Source of the DNA: Candidatus Kuenenia stuttgartensis
Lineage (GTDB): Bacteria; Planctomycetota; Brocadiia; Brocadiales; Brocadiaceae
Length of the DNA: 32,000 nucleotides
Reading direction: 5' to 3'
Assembly: GCF_900232105.1 (NCBI RefSeq)
Contig: NZ_LT934425.1
Location: forward strand, 3,930,001 to 3,962,000
The translations under genes and the position numbers were made by a program. Position 1 is the first letter of the stretch. Each line of letters opens with the position of its first letter. The notes under the pieces are model-generated. The model saw nothing but the letters and a program-made list of their open reading frames with translations, was not told the origin of the DNA and searched no databases. Shown here piece after piece: positions 17,402 to 26,122 of the stretch.

Positions 17402-18193
17402 ATGTTTACTTCTCATTTTTCCATGACTACTCAGCCGTTCTCTGAAAGAATCAACACCAGCCTTATCATGAAAGACGAACGCTTTACCCAGGGGCTTGCA
17501 CGACTCCAATACCTCTTACACTCAGGCTCTATCGCCGTCCTCTACGGACAGACGGGAGTCGGAAAATCCACACTCCTCAAACTCTTCCTCTCACAAATCC
17601 CCCAAAACCTGTTTCTCCCCATCTACCTCCATTTTACCCACCTAAAATCATCCAGCCTTCTCTCCTTAATCGTCTCCCAGCTCGGTGAAATACCAAAACA
17701 CACCAAAGACCGGCTCTTCCTCCAAATTATGGATAAATCCTTGCGCTCAAATCTCACTCCCATTATCGTTATCGACGAGGCTCATCTCCTGAAAACCGAC
17801 GCCATCACAGACCTCAGACTCCTTGTCAGCTCTCCGCTTGATTCTTCCACTCATCTCAAAATCATCCTCTCGGGACAGGAACACCTCAAATATATCCTCA
17901 AAAGAGACATCCATGCCGACTTCGCACAACGCATCTCGGTACATTACCACATTCATCCCCTTACTAAAACTCAAACCGCTGCATACATAGACTTCCATCT
18001 GAAATCTTCCGGCGCATCCGATAAAATCTTTGACTCAGACGTCAAAGACCTGATCCATGAGTTCTCCGCCGGCATCCCAAGGCAAATCAACGCCATTTCC
18101 ACCGCCTGCCTGATTAACGCTTCCATCAGACAATCACAGAAAATTACCCAGGATATCTTCCATCAGGCTCTTGCTGAAATTCAATCTTTTTAA
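17402..18193 (+). CDS. AAA+ ATPase, TniB / ExeA-like transposition helper
   Basis: Walker A YGQTGVGKSTLL, Walker B VIVIDEAHLL. Starts 2 nt after the transposase stop. Confidence 0.75.
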   Translation: MFTSHFSMTTQPFSERINTSLIMKDERFTQGLARLQYLLHSGSIAVLYGQTGVGKSTLLKLFLSQIPQNLFLPIYLHFTHLKSSSLLSLIVSQLGEIPKHTKDRLFLQIMDKSLRSNLTPIIVIDEAHLLKTDAITDLRLLVSSPLDSSTHLKIILSGQEHLKYILKRDIHADFAQRISVHYHIHPLTKTQTAAYIDFHLKSSGASDKIFDSDVKDLIHEFSAGIPRQINAISTACLINASIRQSQKITQDIFHQALAEIQSF

Positions 18194-18204
18194 GGAGGTC
18201 TACC

Positions 18205-18507
18205 ATGGCCCGTCTCTTTTCCCCTCAACTCTTGCGCTCATTACGAAACGATATCCCCATCGATCGACTCATCGCTGATGTCCTCTCCATACCTCATAAA
18301 TACTCCGAAGGCTATTTCCGCTTCCTCTGCCCTCTCTGTTCTGAATTTAATTCCGCCACCAACCCAAATACGAACCTCGCCAGGTGTTTCCGTTGTAAAA
18401 AAAACTTTAATACCATCGACATCGTCATGGTAGATTCCAACTCCTCTTTCCCAGATGCTGTCTATCTGCTAAAATCCGTTTTACCTCAATATATTAATTC
18501 CACTTAA
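18205..18507 (+). CDS. Small zinc-finger protein (CPLC...CFRC), reminiscent of a CHC2 primase-type finger
   Basis: 100-aa ORF with a strong RBS (TAAGGAGGTCTACCATG). FRFLCPLCSEF...LARCFRCKKNFNTIDIVM has the spacing of CHC2-type fingers. Confidence 0.5.
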   Translation: MARLFSPQLLRSLRNDIPIDRLIADVLSIPHKYSEGYFRFLCPLCSEFNSATNPNTNLARCFRCKKNFNTIDIVMVDSNSSFPDAVYLLKSVLPQYINST

Positions 18508-19278
18508 TCTGAGAATTCCAGGTTCATTTATTGTGGGGCTTAGCAATTACCCCTTTTCCCTTCGTGATGTATGTTCAAACGCATTAACCAGAGATGGTTT
18601 TACTTAATCTGTTTATCCATCTCCAACAAAGGACATTGTCAGTGCTTCGCTGAGAAATGGCAGTTGGCACGGAATAACACGCCACACTCATACACCCCAA
18701 AAGGTCGTCTGTACCTCGTAACTCCGTCATACCCCTCACGGGTATATGCTATCTTTCTACGCATACGGATTGCTCCATTGTGTGCGCATAGGCACAAACT
18801 TCTCTACGAGGATTAGGCTCGCAGAGGTGGTATTTTCAACCACTCAGGTATTCCATACTTCAAGGCACACACAACTCTATGTCTTCTAACCGCACATTCC
18901 CTGAAAGCACTATGATCCGAAACCGTTTCTCTATTTTCCGTTTCCTTTCACTATCTTAACCAGTAAATTCAGGCATTTCAACCTACTTTAACTCTCTCAG
19001 ATTAAAAAATTACGCTTGTTTTAGGATTAGATCCATCCCATGAGGAGAATTATCAAATTCCCCTCATGAGAGGGATTGGGATGAGTAAAAATGAATGCCG
19101 TTGGGTTTTTGCCTTTTAAAAACTCAGCCTAATTTCAGAACCCAGGAAGTGCCTTTTTAGTCAAAAAGTATGTAAGCTATTGAATTGTGTAGAGATAGGT
19201 GTATATAGAGAGAAGGCATTGCCATACGTGGGTGGAAAATGATATGATCCCTTTTTTTCGGAGAAAGGGCGGGTACTC

Positions 19279-19779
19279 ATGCCACAGTTAGTATTACCCC
19301 TATTTTCCCCTGACTGCAAACTGATAAATAATCAGGTAGGTTTTGAGAAAATAGGTAGCAAGATATATTATTTTCACGGAAGACTTCCTGTGTTTAGTCA
19401 TGAGGAAGACGACCTGGAATCATTTCGGTTCATCACCAGTCAATTAGTAGTCGGCGGTAATGTCAAGCAACAACAAATAGTGAAGGCCTTCGGTGTTTCG
19501 GCAATAAGTGTTAAGCGTAGTGTAAAGCGGCTAAGAGAACATGGGCCTAAGGGATTTTTCCGTCAGTCAGCGCGAACAAGGTCAGCCCATGTGCTTACGC
19601 CAGAGGTAAAAGCGAAGGTGCAAAAGTGCCTGGAAAGAGGGCAGAGTGTTTCAGAAACAGGTAAGAAGTTCAATATCAAATCAAGTACGATTCACAAGGC
19701 AATCCAAAGCGGTCAGTTAGAGAAAAAAAAACGGCAGAAAGCGCTCCGGAGCAAAGAAACAAAAGTGAGCGTGCCGTAA
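19279..19779 (+). CDS. IS OrfA, a helix-turn-helix DNA-binding protein
   Basis: Two HTH-like segments (QQQIVKAFGVSAISVKRSVKRL and SVSETGKKFNIKSSTIHKAI). Contains the A9 tract at 19723-19731 near its 3' end. Confidence 0.6.
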   Translation: MPQLVLPLFSPDCKLINNQVGFEKIGSKIYYFHGRLPVFSHEEDDLESFRFITSQLVVGGNVKQQQIVKAFGVSAISVKRSVKRLREHGPKGFFRQSARTRSAHVLTPEVKAKVQKCLERGQSVSETGKKFNIKSSTIHKAIQSGQLEKKKRQKALRSKETKVSVP

Positions 19780-19796
19780 CCGATAGTCGTGCTGGT

Positions 19797-21515
19797 ATGG
19801 GTCTTGGATGTACACGGGAACAAGAACGTGTAGAAGCCGCATTAGGTGGGCTTAATGAGGCAGTTCCGGCATTTGTTCCCGATCAGGACGTCAAATCGGC
19901 AGGGGTATTGTTTGCACTGCCGGCATTATTATTAAATGGTTTGCTAAAGTATGCAAACAACTATCTCTCATTTCCCAAAGGGTACTATGGATTACAATCG
20001 TTTCTGCTGCTACTGTCGTTTGCAGCCCTCTTAAGGATCAAATCACTGGAGGCAATTCGCTATTGTGAAGCTGGGGAATTGGGCAAGGCAATCGGGTTAG
20101 ACCGTATACCTGAAATACGAACACTGCGCAAAAAAGTGAAATATATAACAAACCATGGCGAACCTGAGCAGTGGAGCAAAGAGTTATCAAAATACTGGAT
20201 GGAAGAGGATCCGGAATTGGCCGGGATCCTTTACGTGGACGGCCATGTACGGGTATATAGCGGAAGCAAGACACCGTTACCGAAGCGGTATGTATCGAGG
20301 CAAAAGCTATGTTTAAGGGGTTTAACCGACTATTGGGTAAATGATGCAGTAGGTAAGCCATTTTTCGTGGTAAGCAAAGCGGTAAATTCCGGCTTGCTTT
20401 CGGTAATGAGAGAACAGATCATACCCCGGTTGCTCCGAGACATACCAAAGCAGCCTACCGGGGAAGAATTAAAAGCCAATCGTCATCTCTATCGCTTTGG
20501 TGTAGTATTTGACCGTGAGGGTTACAGTCCTGAGTTTTTCAAAGAAATGTGGGAGAAACGCATAGCGTGTTATACCTACAAAAAGTATGTAAATGATGTT
20601 TGGCCGGAATCAGAATTTATAGAGAAAGAGGTGGTTCTTAACAATGGCGAAGTGGTAAAGATGAAATTGGCGGAACGAGGAGTGTATTTCCGGAAGCAAG
20701 ACCTTTGGGTGCGCGAGATACGCAAATTGACCGATACAGGTCATCAGACATCGATAATAACCACTGATTTTATGAATAACGCTGAGGTACTGGCAGCAAG
20801 AATGTTCTCCAGATGGTCTCAGGAGAACTTTCTTAAATATATGATGGAACATTATGGTATAGACAGACTTATCGAGTACGAACAGGAGGCAATAAGTGAG
20901 ACGACAAAGGTGGTGAATCCCCGTTACAGGGAATTGGAAAGTCAGATAAAAACCAAAAGTACACTGTTAAACAGGCAGCGGGTAAAATATGGGGCATTGG
21001 TATTAAAAGCAGAAGGAGAAGAACCCGATATCCGGAAGTATGTACAGGAGAAAGCAACAATAAGAGAATCGATAGATACGCTGGAGAAAGAGATTGAACA
21101 ACTCAAGGCGACAAAAAAGAATACGGAGAAACATATAGAGTTTTCAAAACTCCCGGAAGATAAGAAATTTCAGGATTTAAAGAAGAGCGGAAAGCAATTC
21201 GTAGACACAATCAAAATGATTGCTTATCGGGCAGAGACGGCAATGGCAAATACATTGCAGGAATATATTTCTAAAAAAGATGAAGCAAGATCACTGGTAC
21301 GTCAAATTTTTATGACAGATGCAGATATAATGCCGGATGAAAAGAATGGCGTCTTAAGGATAACGATTCATAACATGACAAACCCAAGGAACAACAGATA
21401 TGTTCAGCAATTATGCGATGTACTTAATAGTTCCGAAACATTATTCCCAGGCACAAATCTGCGCCTTGTATATAATTTGGTATCAAATCAAATTCCACCA
21501 GATCAGGAGTTCTGA
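19797..21515 (+). CDS. IS OrfB, a putative DDE-type transposase; probably expressed as an OrfAB fusion by a -1 frameshift
   Basis: Candidate acidic triad contexts ILYVDGHVRVY, VFDREGYS and SRWSQENFLKYMMEHYGIDRL. This reading frame is open upstream back through the A9 tract, with no stop between 19731 and 19797. Confidence 0.6.
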   Translation: MGLGCTREQERVEAALGGLNEAVPAFVPDQDVKSAGVLFALPALLLNGLLKYANNYLSFPKGYYGLQSFLLLLSFAALLRIKSLEAIRYCEAGELGKAIGLDRIPEIRTLRKKVKYITNHGEPEQWSKELSKYWMEEDPELAGILYVDGHVRVYSGSKTPLPKRYVSRQKLCLRGLTDYWVNDAVGKPFFVVSKAVNSGLLSVMREQIIPRLLRDIPKQPTGEELKANRHLYRFGVVFDREGYSPEFFKEMWEKRIACYTYKKYVNDVWPESEFIEKEVVLNNGEVVKMKLAERGVYFRKQDLWVREIRKLTDTGHQTSIITTDFMNNAEVLAARMFSRWSQENFLKYMMEHYGIDRLIEYEQEAISETTKVVNPRYRELESQIKTKSTLLNRQRVKYGALVLKAEGEEPDIRKYVQEKATIRESIDTLEKEIEQLKATKKNTEKHIEFSKLPEDKKFQDLKKSGKQFVDTIKMIAYRAETAMANTLQEYISKKDEARSLVRQIFMTDADIMPDEKNGVLRITIHNMTNPRNNRYVQQLCDVLNSSETLFPGTNLRLVYNLVSNQIPPDQEF

Positions 21516-21616
21516 ATTTAAGTCTTGCGATCCTTTGCTTTGCGGCTTTCAGCGCCTTAAATAATGACGAGTTAGTTGGTACTATTTCTGTAGCCAATTC
21601 GTGAAATACAGGTATT

Positions 21617-21747
21617 TATACTCAATCAGACTGGAATCACTGGTTTCTGACATGCGCATTCATTGCCTTCTATGCCCTATCGATTAGGATCAACTTGGAT
21701 TATACTCAATCAAACTGAAGCCAGTGGTTTCAGTCTGATTGAGTATA
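21617..21747. repeat. Three copies of a ~17-nt motif TATACTCAATCAGACTG (two direct, one inverted, forming a 19-bp-stem hairpin)
   Basis: Copy A at 21617-21647 and copy B at 21701-21731 are ~31-nt direct repeats. 21731-21747 (cagtctgattgagtata) is the inverted copy. The 21701-21747 segment folds with one mismatch. Confidence 0.85.
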
Positions 21748-21914
21748 GTAATTGTTACTTTGGGGATATGGTCCGCAATACACCCGTTTTAAGGTATTGA
21801 CAGAATAAAAAAATTATTTATTCTACTACGGTCGTAAGCATTTATCCTTTAGCTGAAAGTGGTTTCTTTATTGCATTTTGAGGTTTATGGACTATCTATC
21901 TACGCATTAACTCA

Positions 21915-22045
21915 TTTCTAAGAAAAAGAGACCGAATAGAACTTAAAAAGGCGTATAAAAAATAGCATCAAAGACTCATGCCGACCGAATCAGGACGATA
22001 CTTCTTATTGATTCAGGATTGAGTTATGAAGAAGTGGCAAGATTA
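21915..22045 (+). pseudogene. Remnant of an IS630-like transposase N-terminal HTH region
   Basis: Frame-hopping translation gives LRKRDRIELKKAYKK* ... HADRIRTILLIDSGLSYEEVARL, which resembles the N-terminal HTH of IS630-type transposases. There is no catalytic domain. Confidence 0.35.
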
Positions 22046-22107
22046 ACAAACAATCAGGAATTAAGAAGAATTATACAAAAACAAAAATTATTTCAAAGGA
22101 AGAGAAA

Positions 22108-23393
22108 ATGGAAGAAGCAAATGGGAAAAAAAGGTATCTACCGGAAAAACGAATGTAAATAATGAAGCAGCATTTATTCGAAAAGAAAGCACTCTCTGAA
22201 GTATGTGACGCTAATGGTATTCATCCAATCATGTACTATCGTTGGCTGAAGGGATTGCTGTCAAATGCCGTATACGCTTTTAGAAAATGGAAAGTCAAAG
22301 AGTGCCGGGAATGGAAGAATAAAGCGTTGGAGCTAGAGAAGAAACTTGCTCGCAAAAACGAGGTATTGTCCGAACTGATGGAGGAACACGTTGCGCTAAA
22401 AAAAGTCTTGAGGTAAACTAAAAGGCATTTGGGTAGCCCATGATACAAGAGATATGTTGGTTGATTTTGTTAATCAGTGGTCGGTAAAGGTGGAAACACC
22501 GGTTCGCCAAATGATCAGACGGGTCGGTTATCGCTGTCTAAGTTCAATGAATGGAGGACTCGTTACAGCAAAGTAAATGAGCACAACGCCTGGATACCAC
22601 GTGATACGTGGCATGAAGAATAGGAAAAGAAAGTGATACTTGCTTATTATGAAACATATCCTCTTTAAGGATATCGGAGATTGGCCTTTATGATGCGGGA
22701 TGCAGACATTAGCAGTAAGCCCATTAAGCGTGTACCGGGTGTTGGTGAATGCCGGTGTAATGCGGGAATGGTATAGGAAGCCCTCCAAAAAAGGAACGGG
22801 GTTTATGCCGCTTTAAGACGCAATGAACACTGGCACATAGATGTGTAGTACTTGAATATTCGTGGTACGTTTTATTATCTCTGTGCTGTTTTAGACGGTT
22901 ATAGCAGACAAATAGTACATTGGGAAATCTCGTGCTAAGCCTGTCGAAGTATCGGGAGACGATGAAGGAAACGGAGGTGGAAATCATCCTGGAACGGGCT
23001 AAAGAGAAGTATCCGGATGTCAAACCAAGGATCATTTCTGACAATGGTCCACAGTTCATAGCAAAGGATTTCAAGGACTATATCCGGATAGGCGGGACGG
23101 CGCATGTTAAAACAGCACCTTTCTATCCTCAAAGTAACGGGAAAATAGAAAGGTGGCACAAAACAATTAAGCAGGAAAGTATTCACCCCTATTGCCCTGT
23201 AAACCTGCAAGATGCCCGGCGAATCGTGGATGAATTTGTTGTGCATTACAACACGAAACGATTACATAGCGCAATAGGTTATATCGCCCCGCAGGACAAA
23301 TTGCTCGGACGTAAAAAAGAAATCTTTTTGGAACGAGACCGAAAATTAAGTGAAGCGCGGCAACGGCGGGCGGCTAAACGAAAGATCGCTTGA
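22108..23393 (+). pseudogene. Degraded IS3-family element (OrfA plus rve OrfB with multiple stops and frameshifts)
   Basis: OrfA-like MEEANGKKRYLPEKRM*..KALSEVCDANGIHPIMYYRWLK...leucine-zipper-like tail. The OrfB region reads ...NEHNAWIPRDTWHEE*..., HWHIDV*, YYLCAVLDGYSRQIVHWEI across several frames. The intact tail is ISDNGPQFIAKDF...YPQSNGKIERWHKT...RLHSAIGYIAPQDKL. Confidence 0.8.
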
Positions 23394-23635
23394 CAGAAAG
23401 GAGGTGAAGGAATAGAATCGTGCCGTTCGGTAAAACAGAGGCGGGCTCTGCTGGGGAGCAACCCGCCGAGGGACGACGGATCGTCATTCCTAGAGAGGAG
23501 GCAAATCGCTCCTCTCTCACTCACAACCAAAGAATGACGAACCAGAGTTCCTCTTATGCCTAAAATAAACCATGGGGGTCTGGGGTAAAGCTCCAGTTTA
23601 GTAGCTTATTTTGAATTCGAAAATTCCAATTCACG

Positions 23636-23785
23636 GTGAACCAACACAATAGTTTTTGGGCACGTAGATACTATGTGAGTACTGTTGGTTTGGATGAAGC
23701 AAAGATAAGGAAATATATTCAAGATCAAGACCTCAACGAATCCATAGAGGGTAAGTATGATACTGATTTAAGTAAACCCTTTTAG
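23636..23785 (+). pseudogene. 3'-terminal fragment of an IS200/IS605-type TnpA (Y1 transposase)
   Basis: Translation ...NQHNSFWARRYYVSTVGLDEAKIRKYIQDQD... matches the conserved C-terminus (HFWARGYFVSTVG..E..IR.YI..Q). The upstream part of the gene is absent. Confidence 0.65.
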
Positions 23786-23885
23786 GGAAACTAGTGATAG
23801 GAGCATCAATTAACAGGATTAACAAACTGGATCGGCTAAGAAACAACCGCTAAGTAAGAAACATGTGCTAAAGAATGCGAAGAAA

Positions 23886-23950
23886 CCCCTTAAGGGGAGC
23901 TAGTAACAATGCCCTTTTAGGGCTAATCAAGCCACCAGCTATGCTGGTGG
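23886..23950 (+). repeat. Three short perfect hairpins, probably the right-end structure of the IS200/IS605-like remnant
   Basis: ccccttaagggg (23886-23897), gccct-ttt-agggc (23911-23923), ccaccagc-tat-gctggtgg (23932-23950). Confidence 0.5.
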
Positions 23951-24409
23951 TACTGACTTTCCTATCGTTCCCAGGTTCCACAGGCTGGGTCAAATCGGCA
24001 ATTTTACCCTATTTCGCGATATGCATTCCCCACTTTAATGGAAAAACAGTAATAAATAGGGCATAAAACAGGCAAAATGTAAGGAGTTATCCCCACTTAT
24101 GCGACAACAAGGTTCATTTGACCCAGTCTGTCCAGCTTGGGAACGGGGTTGTTTGTGTAGAGACGCACGGCCGTGTGTCGCTACAATGCTTTGAATAAAA
24201 AAAAGAGAGTAACACTTAGACGAAGCAAATGAGGAAGGAATGAGATTGGACGACGCACCTAACAAAAGCATGCACTGTAGTACGCGGAGGTAGCGTCATT
24301 ATTTTAATGGTTAGCACGCTCGCGCTCCCCATTTGATACCTAGCCGGGGGCGGATAGCTGTCGAGTGCGCCGGCCCAGATAAAACACATCACATAAGAGA
24401 GGGGAAATA

Positions 24410-25561
24410 ATGAATTCGATAAATCAAGACTACACAGCGGGGGTATTGGAGGCTTGTGAGCCGCCGTGTCTCTCGCTCTACCAACCTACACATCGGCACC
24501 ATCCGGAAAACCAGCAGGATCCGATCCGGTTTCGGAACCTCGTGAAGGCACTAAAAGAGTCGCTATTACGGAAATATCTTGCGTATGATATCCAGCCTTT
24601 TTTGGATCCCTTTCTGGCATTGGCTGAAGATCGCGACTTCTGGAATCACACCCTAGACGGCCTGGCAGTGCTGGGTGCAAGAGGCAGGTTCCGGGTTTAC
24701 AAGCTACAGCGTCCGGTTGCCGAATTGGCTATTGTAGCAGATAGTTTCCACACCAAACCCCTGATGTACATCCTTCAGTCAGCCGACCGTTATCAAGTTC
24801 TCGGTTTGAACCGAAAGGAGATCAGATTGTTCGAGGGCAATCGTTATACTTTGGACGAGATCGAACCGGCACAGGGCGTCCCAAAGACGATCACCGAGGC
24901 ACTTGGAGAAGAATTGTATGAGTCGCACCAGACCGTCGCCTCCTACGGCGGCGTCGGGCAAGGGCACTCGCCTATGTACCATGGACACGGTGGGAAAGCA
25001 TCTAAGGTGGACATCGACACAGAACGATTCTTCCGCTCCATCGACCGCGCGATCATGGAGCACCACTCGCGGCCTTCGGCCCTGCCGCTGATCCTGGCGA
25101 CGTTGCCGGAGCATCACCAACTGTTCCGCCAAGTCAGCCACAACCCATACCTGATTGACGAAGGTCTTGATATCCAACCGGACGCCCTATCCATCGATGA
25201 ACTCCGCCAGCGCACCTGGCAGGTTCTCGAACCGCGCTATTTGGCACGGCTGGCTGCGCTGGGCGAGGAGTTCCGCAGTGCACGATCCAAGGGTGCCGGT
25301 CACGACGAACTTGGGCACGTCGCCAAGGCTGTAGTGGGTGGTCGGGTCTCTAAGCTGCTGATCGAAGCCGACCGCGAGATTCCAGGTAAGATCAATGCAG
25401 CGACCGGCGATATCAAGTTTGACGACTTGGCTGACCCGGAGGTTGATGATGTGCTCGACGACCTGGGGACATTGACCCTGAAGATGGGTGGGCAAGTCTT
25501 CATAGTCCCTAGTGAGCGGATGCCGACGGAGACGGGTATAGCTGCGATCTATCGATACTGA
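24410..25561 (+). CDS. Bacterial archaeo-eukaryotic release factor-like (baeRF family) protein; subfamily not determined
   Basis: The N-terminal pattern PCLSLYQPTHRHHPENQQDPIRFRNLVK and the C-terminal GIAAIYRY match my recollection of baeRF-type proteins. GC-rich codon usage differs from the left part of the window. Confidence 0.5.
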   Translation: MNSINQDYTAGVLEACEPPCLSLYQPTHRHHPENQQDPIRFRNLVKALKESLLRKYLAYDIQPFLDPFLALAEDRDFWNHTLDGLAVLGARGRFRVYKLQRPVAELAIVADSFHTKPLMYILQSADRYQVLGLNRKEIRLFEGNRYTLDEIEPAQGVPKTITEALGEELYESHQTVASYGGVGQGHSPMYHGHGGKASKVDIDTERFFRSIDRAIMEHHSRPSALPLILATLPEHHQLFRQVSHNPYLIDEGLDIQPDALSIDELRQRTWQVLEPRYLARLAALGEEFRSARSKGAGHDELGHVAKAVVGGRVSKLLIEADREIPGKINAATGDIKFDDLADPEVDDVLDDLGTLTLKMGGQVFIVPSERMPTETGIAAIYRY

Positions 25562-25947
25562 ATCGCAGTGGTAATGGCAATAGAAGAACAGGCTTGCGCA
25601 GATTCAGATTGGCATCTGTAGCAACATTTAGAATAACTACCGGCATGTGCCCAGCATAGCAAAAAAGATGCAATAGAAGCAGAAAAGGCTTTTGGCAGAT
25701 TATTAAAATTAAAAGTAGAGTGTAAATAACAATTAAATCCAGAGTACGGCAAAAAGTGCCAACGCTGATTTTGGTCATTAGGTTAGGACATAAAATCCGA
25801 TAACATAGTGCAATTATACTCCAAAAGGGTTAAAATTTAATCTTTACTTTTAGCATAATTTAAGCTCAGAGCCTTTGTGGACGTGAAACTTCAGTCTTTT
25901 TAAAAAGTTAAAAATTCAATCGTTTAGAGTTTAACGCCTACGGTGGT

Positions 25948-25983
25948 GGAGATGGAGATGGAGATGGAGATGGAAATGGAAAT
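25948..25983. repeat. Hexanucleotide microsatellite (GGAGAT)4(GGAAAT)2
   Basis: Read directly from the sequence. It lies in the AT-rich spacer between the two GC-rich genes. Confidence 0.95.
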
Positions 25984-26122
25984 GGCATTATGCCTCCATA
26001 ACCTGCCAATAATTCAAATAGGCGGTTCAGATCATTAGGTCAGTGCAGATCGCGCTGACTACCTCGTATTCGAGCAAGGAGAGGGAGGCATCTTTATCAA
26101 AGAGTTCAGATTTTTTTCACGC

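Larger units (their letters stand above)
15162..18507 (+). mobile_element. Four-gene Mu / Tn552 / Tn5053-like transposition module; element ends not identified
   Basis: Four co-directional genes with 2-38 nt gaps: a Zn-ribbon protein, an rve-type DDE transposase with a Mu-like C-terminus, an AAA+ TniB/ExeA-like ATPase and a Zn-finger protein. Each is preceded by AAGGAGG-type RBSs unlike those of the flanking genes. Confidence 0.65.
19128..21522 (+). mobile_element. Unclassified insertion sequence (OrfA/OrfB with a slippery A9 tract); tentative imperfect TIRs
   Basis: Candidate IRL cctaatttcagaacccagga (19128-19147) matches the reverse complement of 21503-21522 (tcaggagttctgaatttaag) at 15/20. 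No TSD seen. Confidence 0.5.

Noticed and set aside
18571-18816. 81-aa plus-strand ORF downstream of the transposon genes
   Set aside because: It has no RBS, unlike the four upstream genes with AAGGAGG sites, and an implausible product. It is treated as non-coding.
18738-18900. Group II intron fragment (GTGCGC at 18782 resembling the GUGYG 5' end; bulged hairpin at 18742-18767 resembling domain V)
   Set aside because: The hairpin lies upstream of the GTGCG, not downstream. Its bulge is on the wrong arm for the plus strand and it lacks the AGC catalytic triad. No RT/maturase ORF or other intron domains are present. The resemblance is too weak to call.
24035-24271. 78-aa minus-strand ORF at the composition boundary
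   Set aside because: It has no RBS, a low-complexity product, and overlaps the imperfect palindrome at 24157-24184. It is probably non-coding spacer.
25939-26000. Small Gly/Asp-rich peptide (FNAYGGGDGDGDGDGNGNGIMPP) encoded by the hexanucleotide repeat
   Set aside because: There is no start codon after the upstream in-frame stop and no RBS. It is a translation artefact of the microsatellite.
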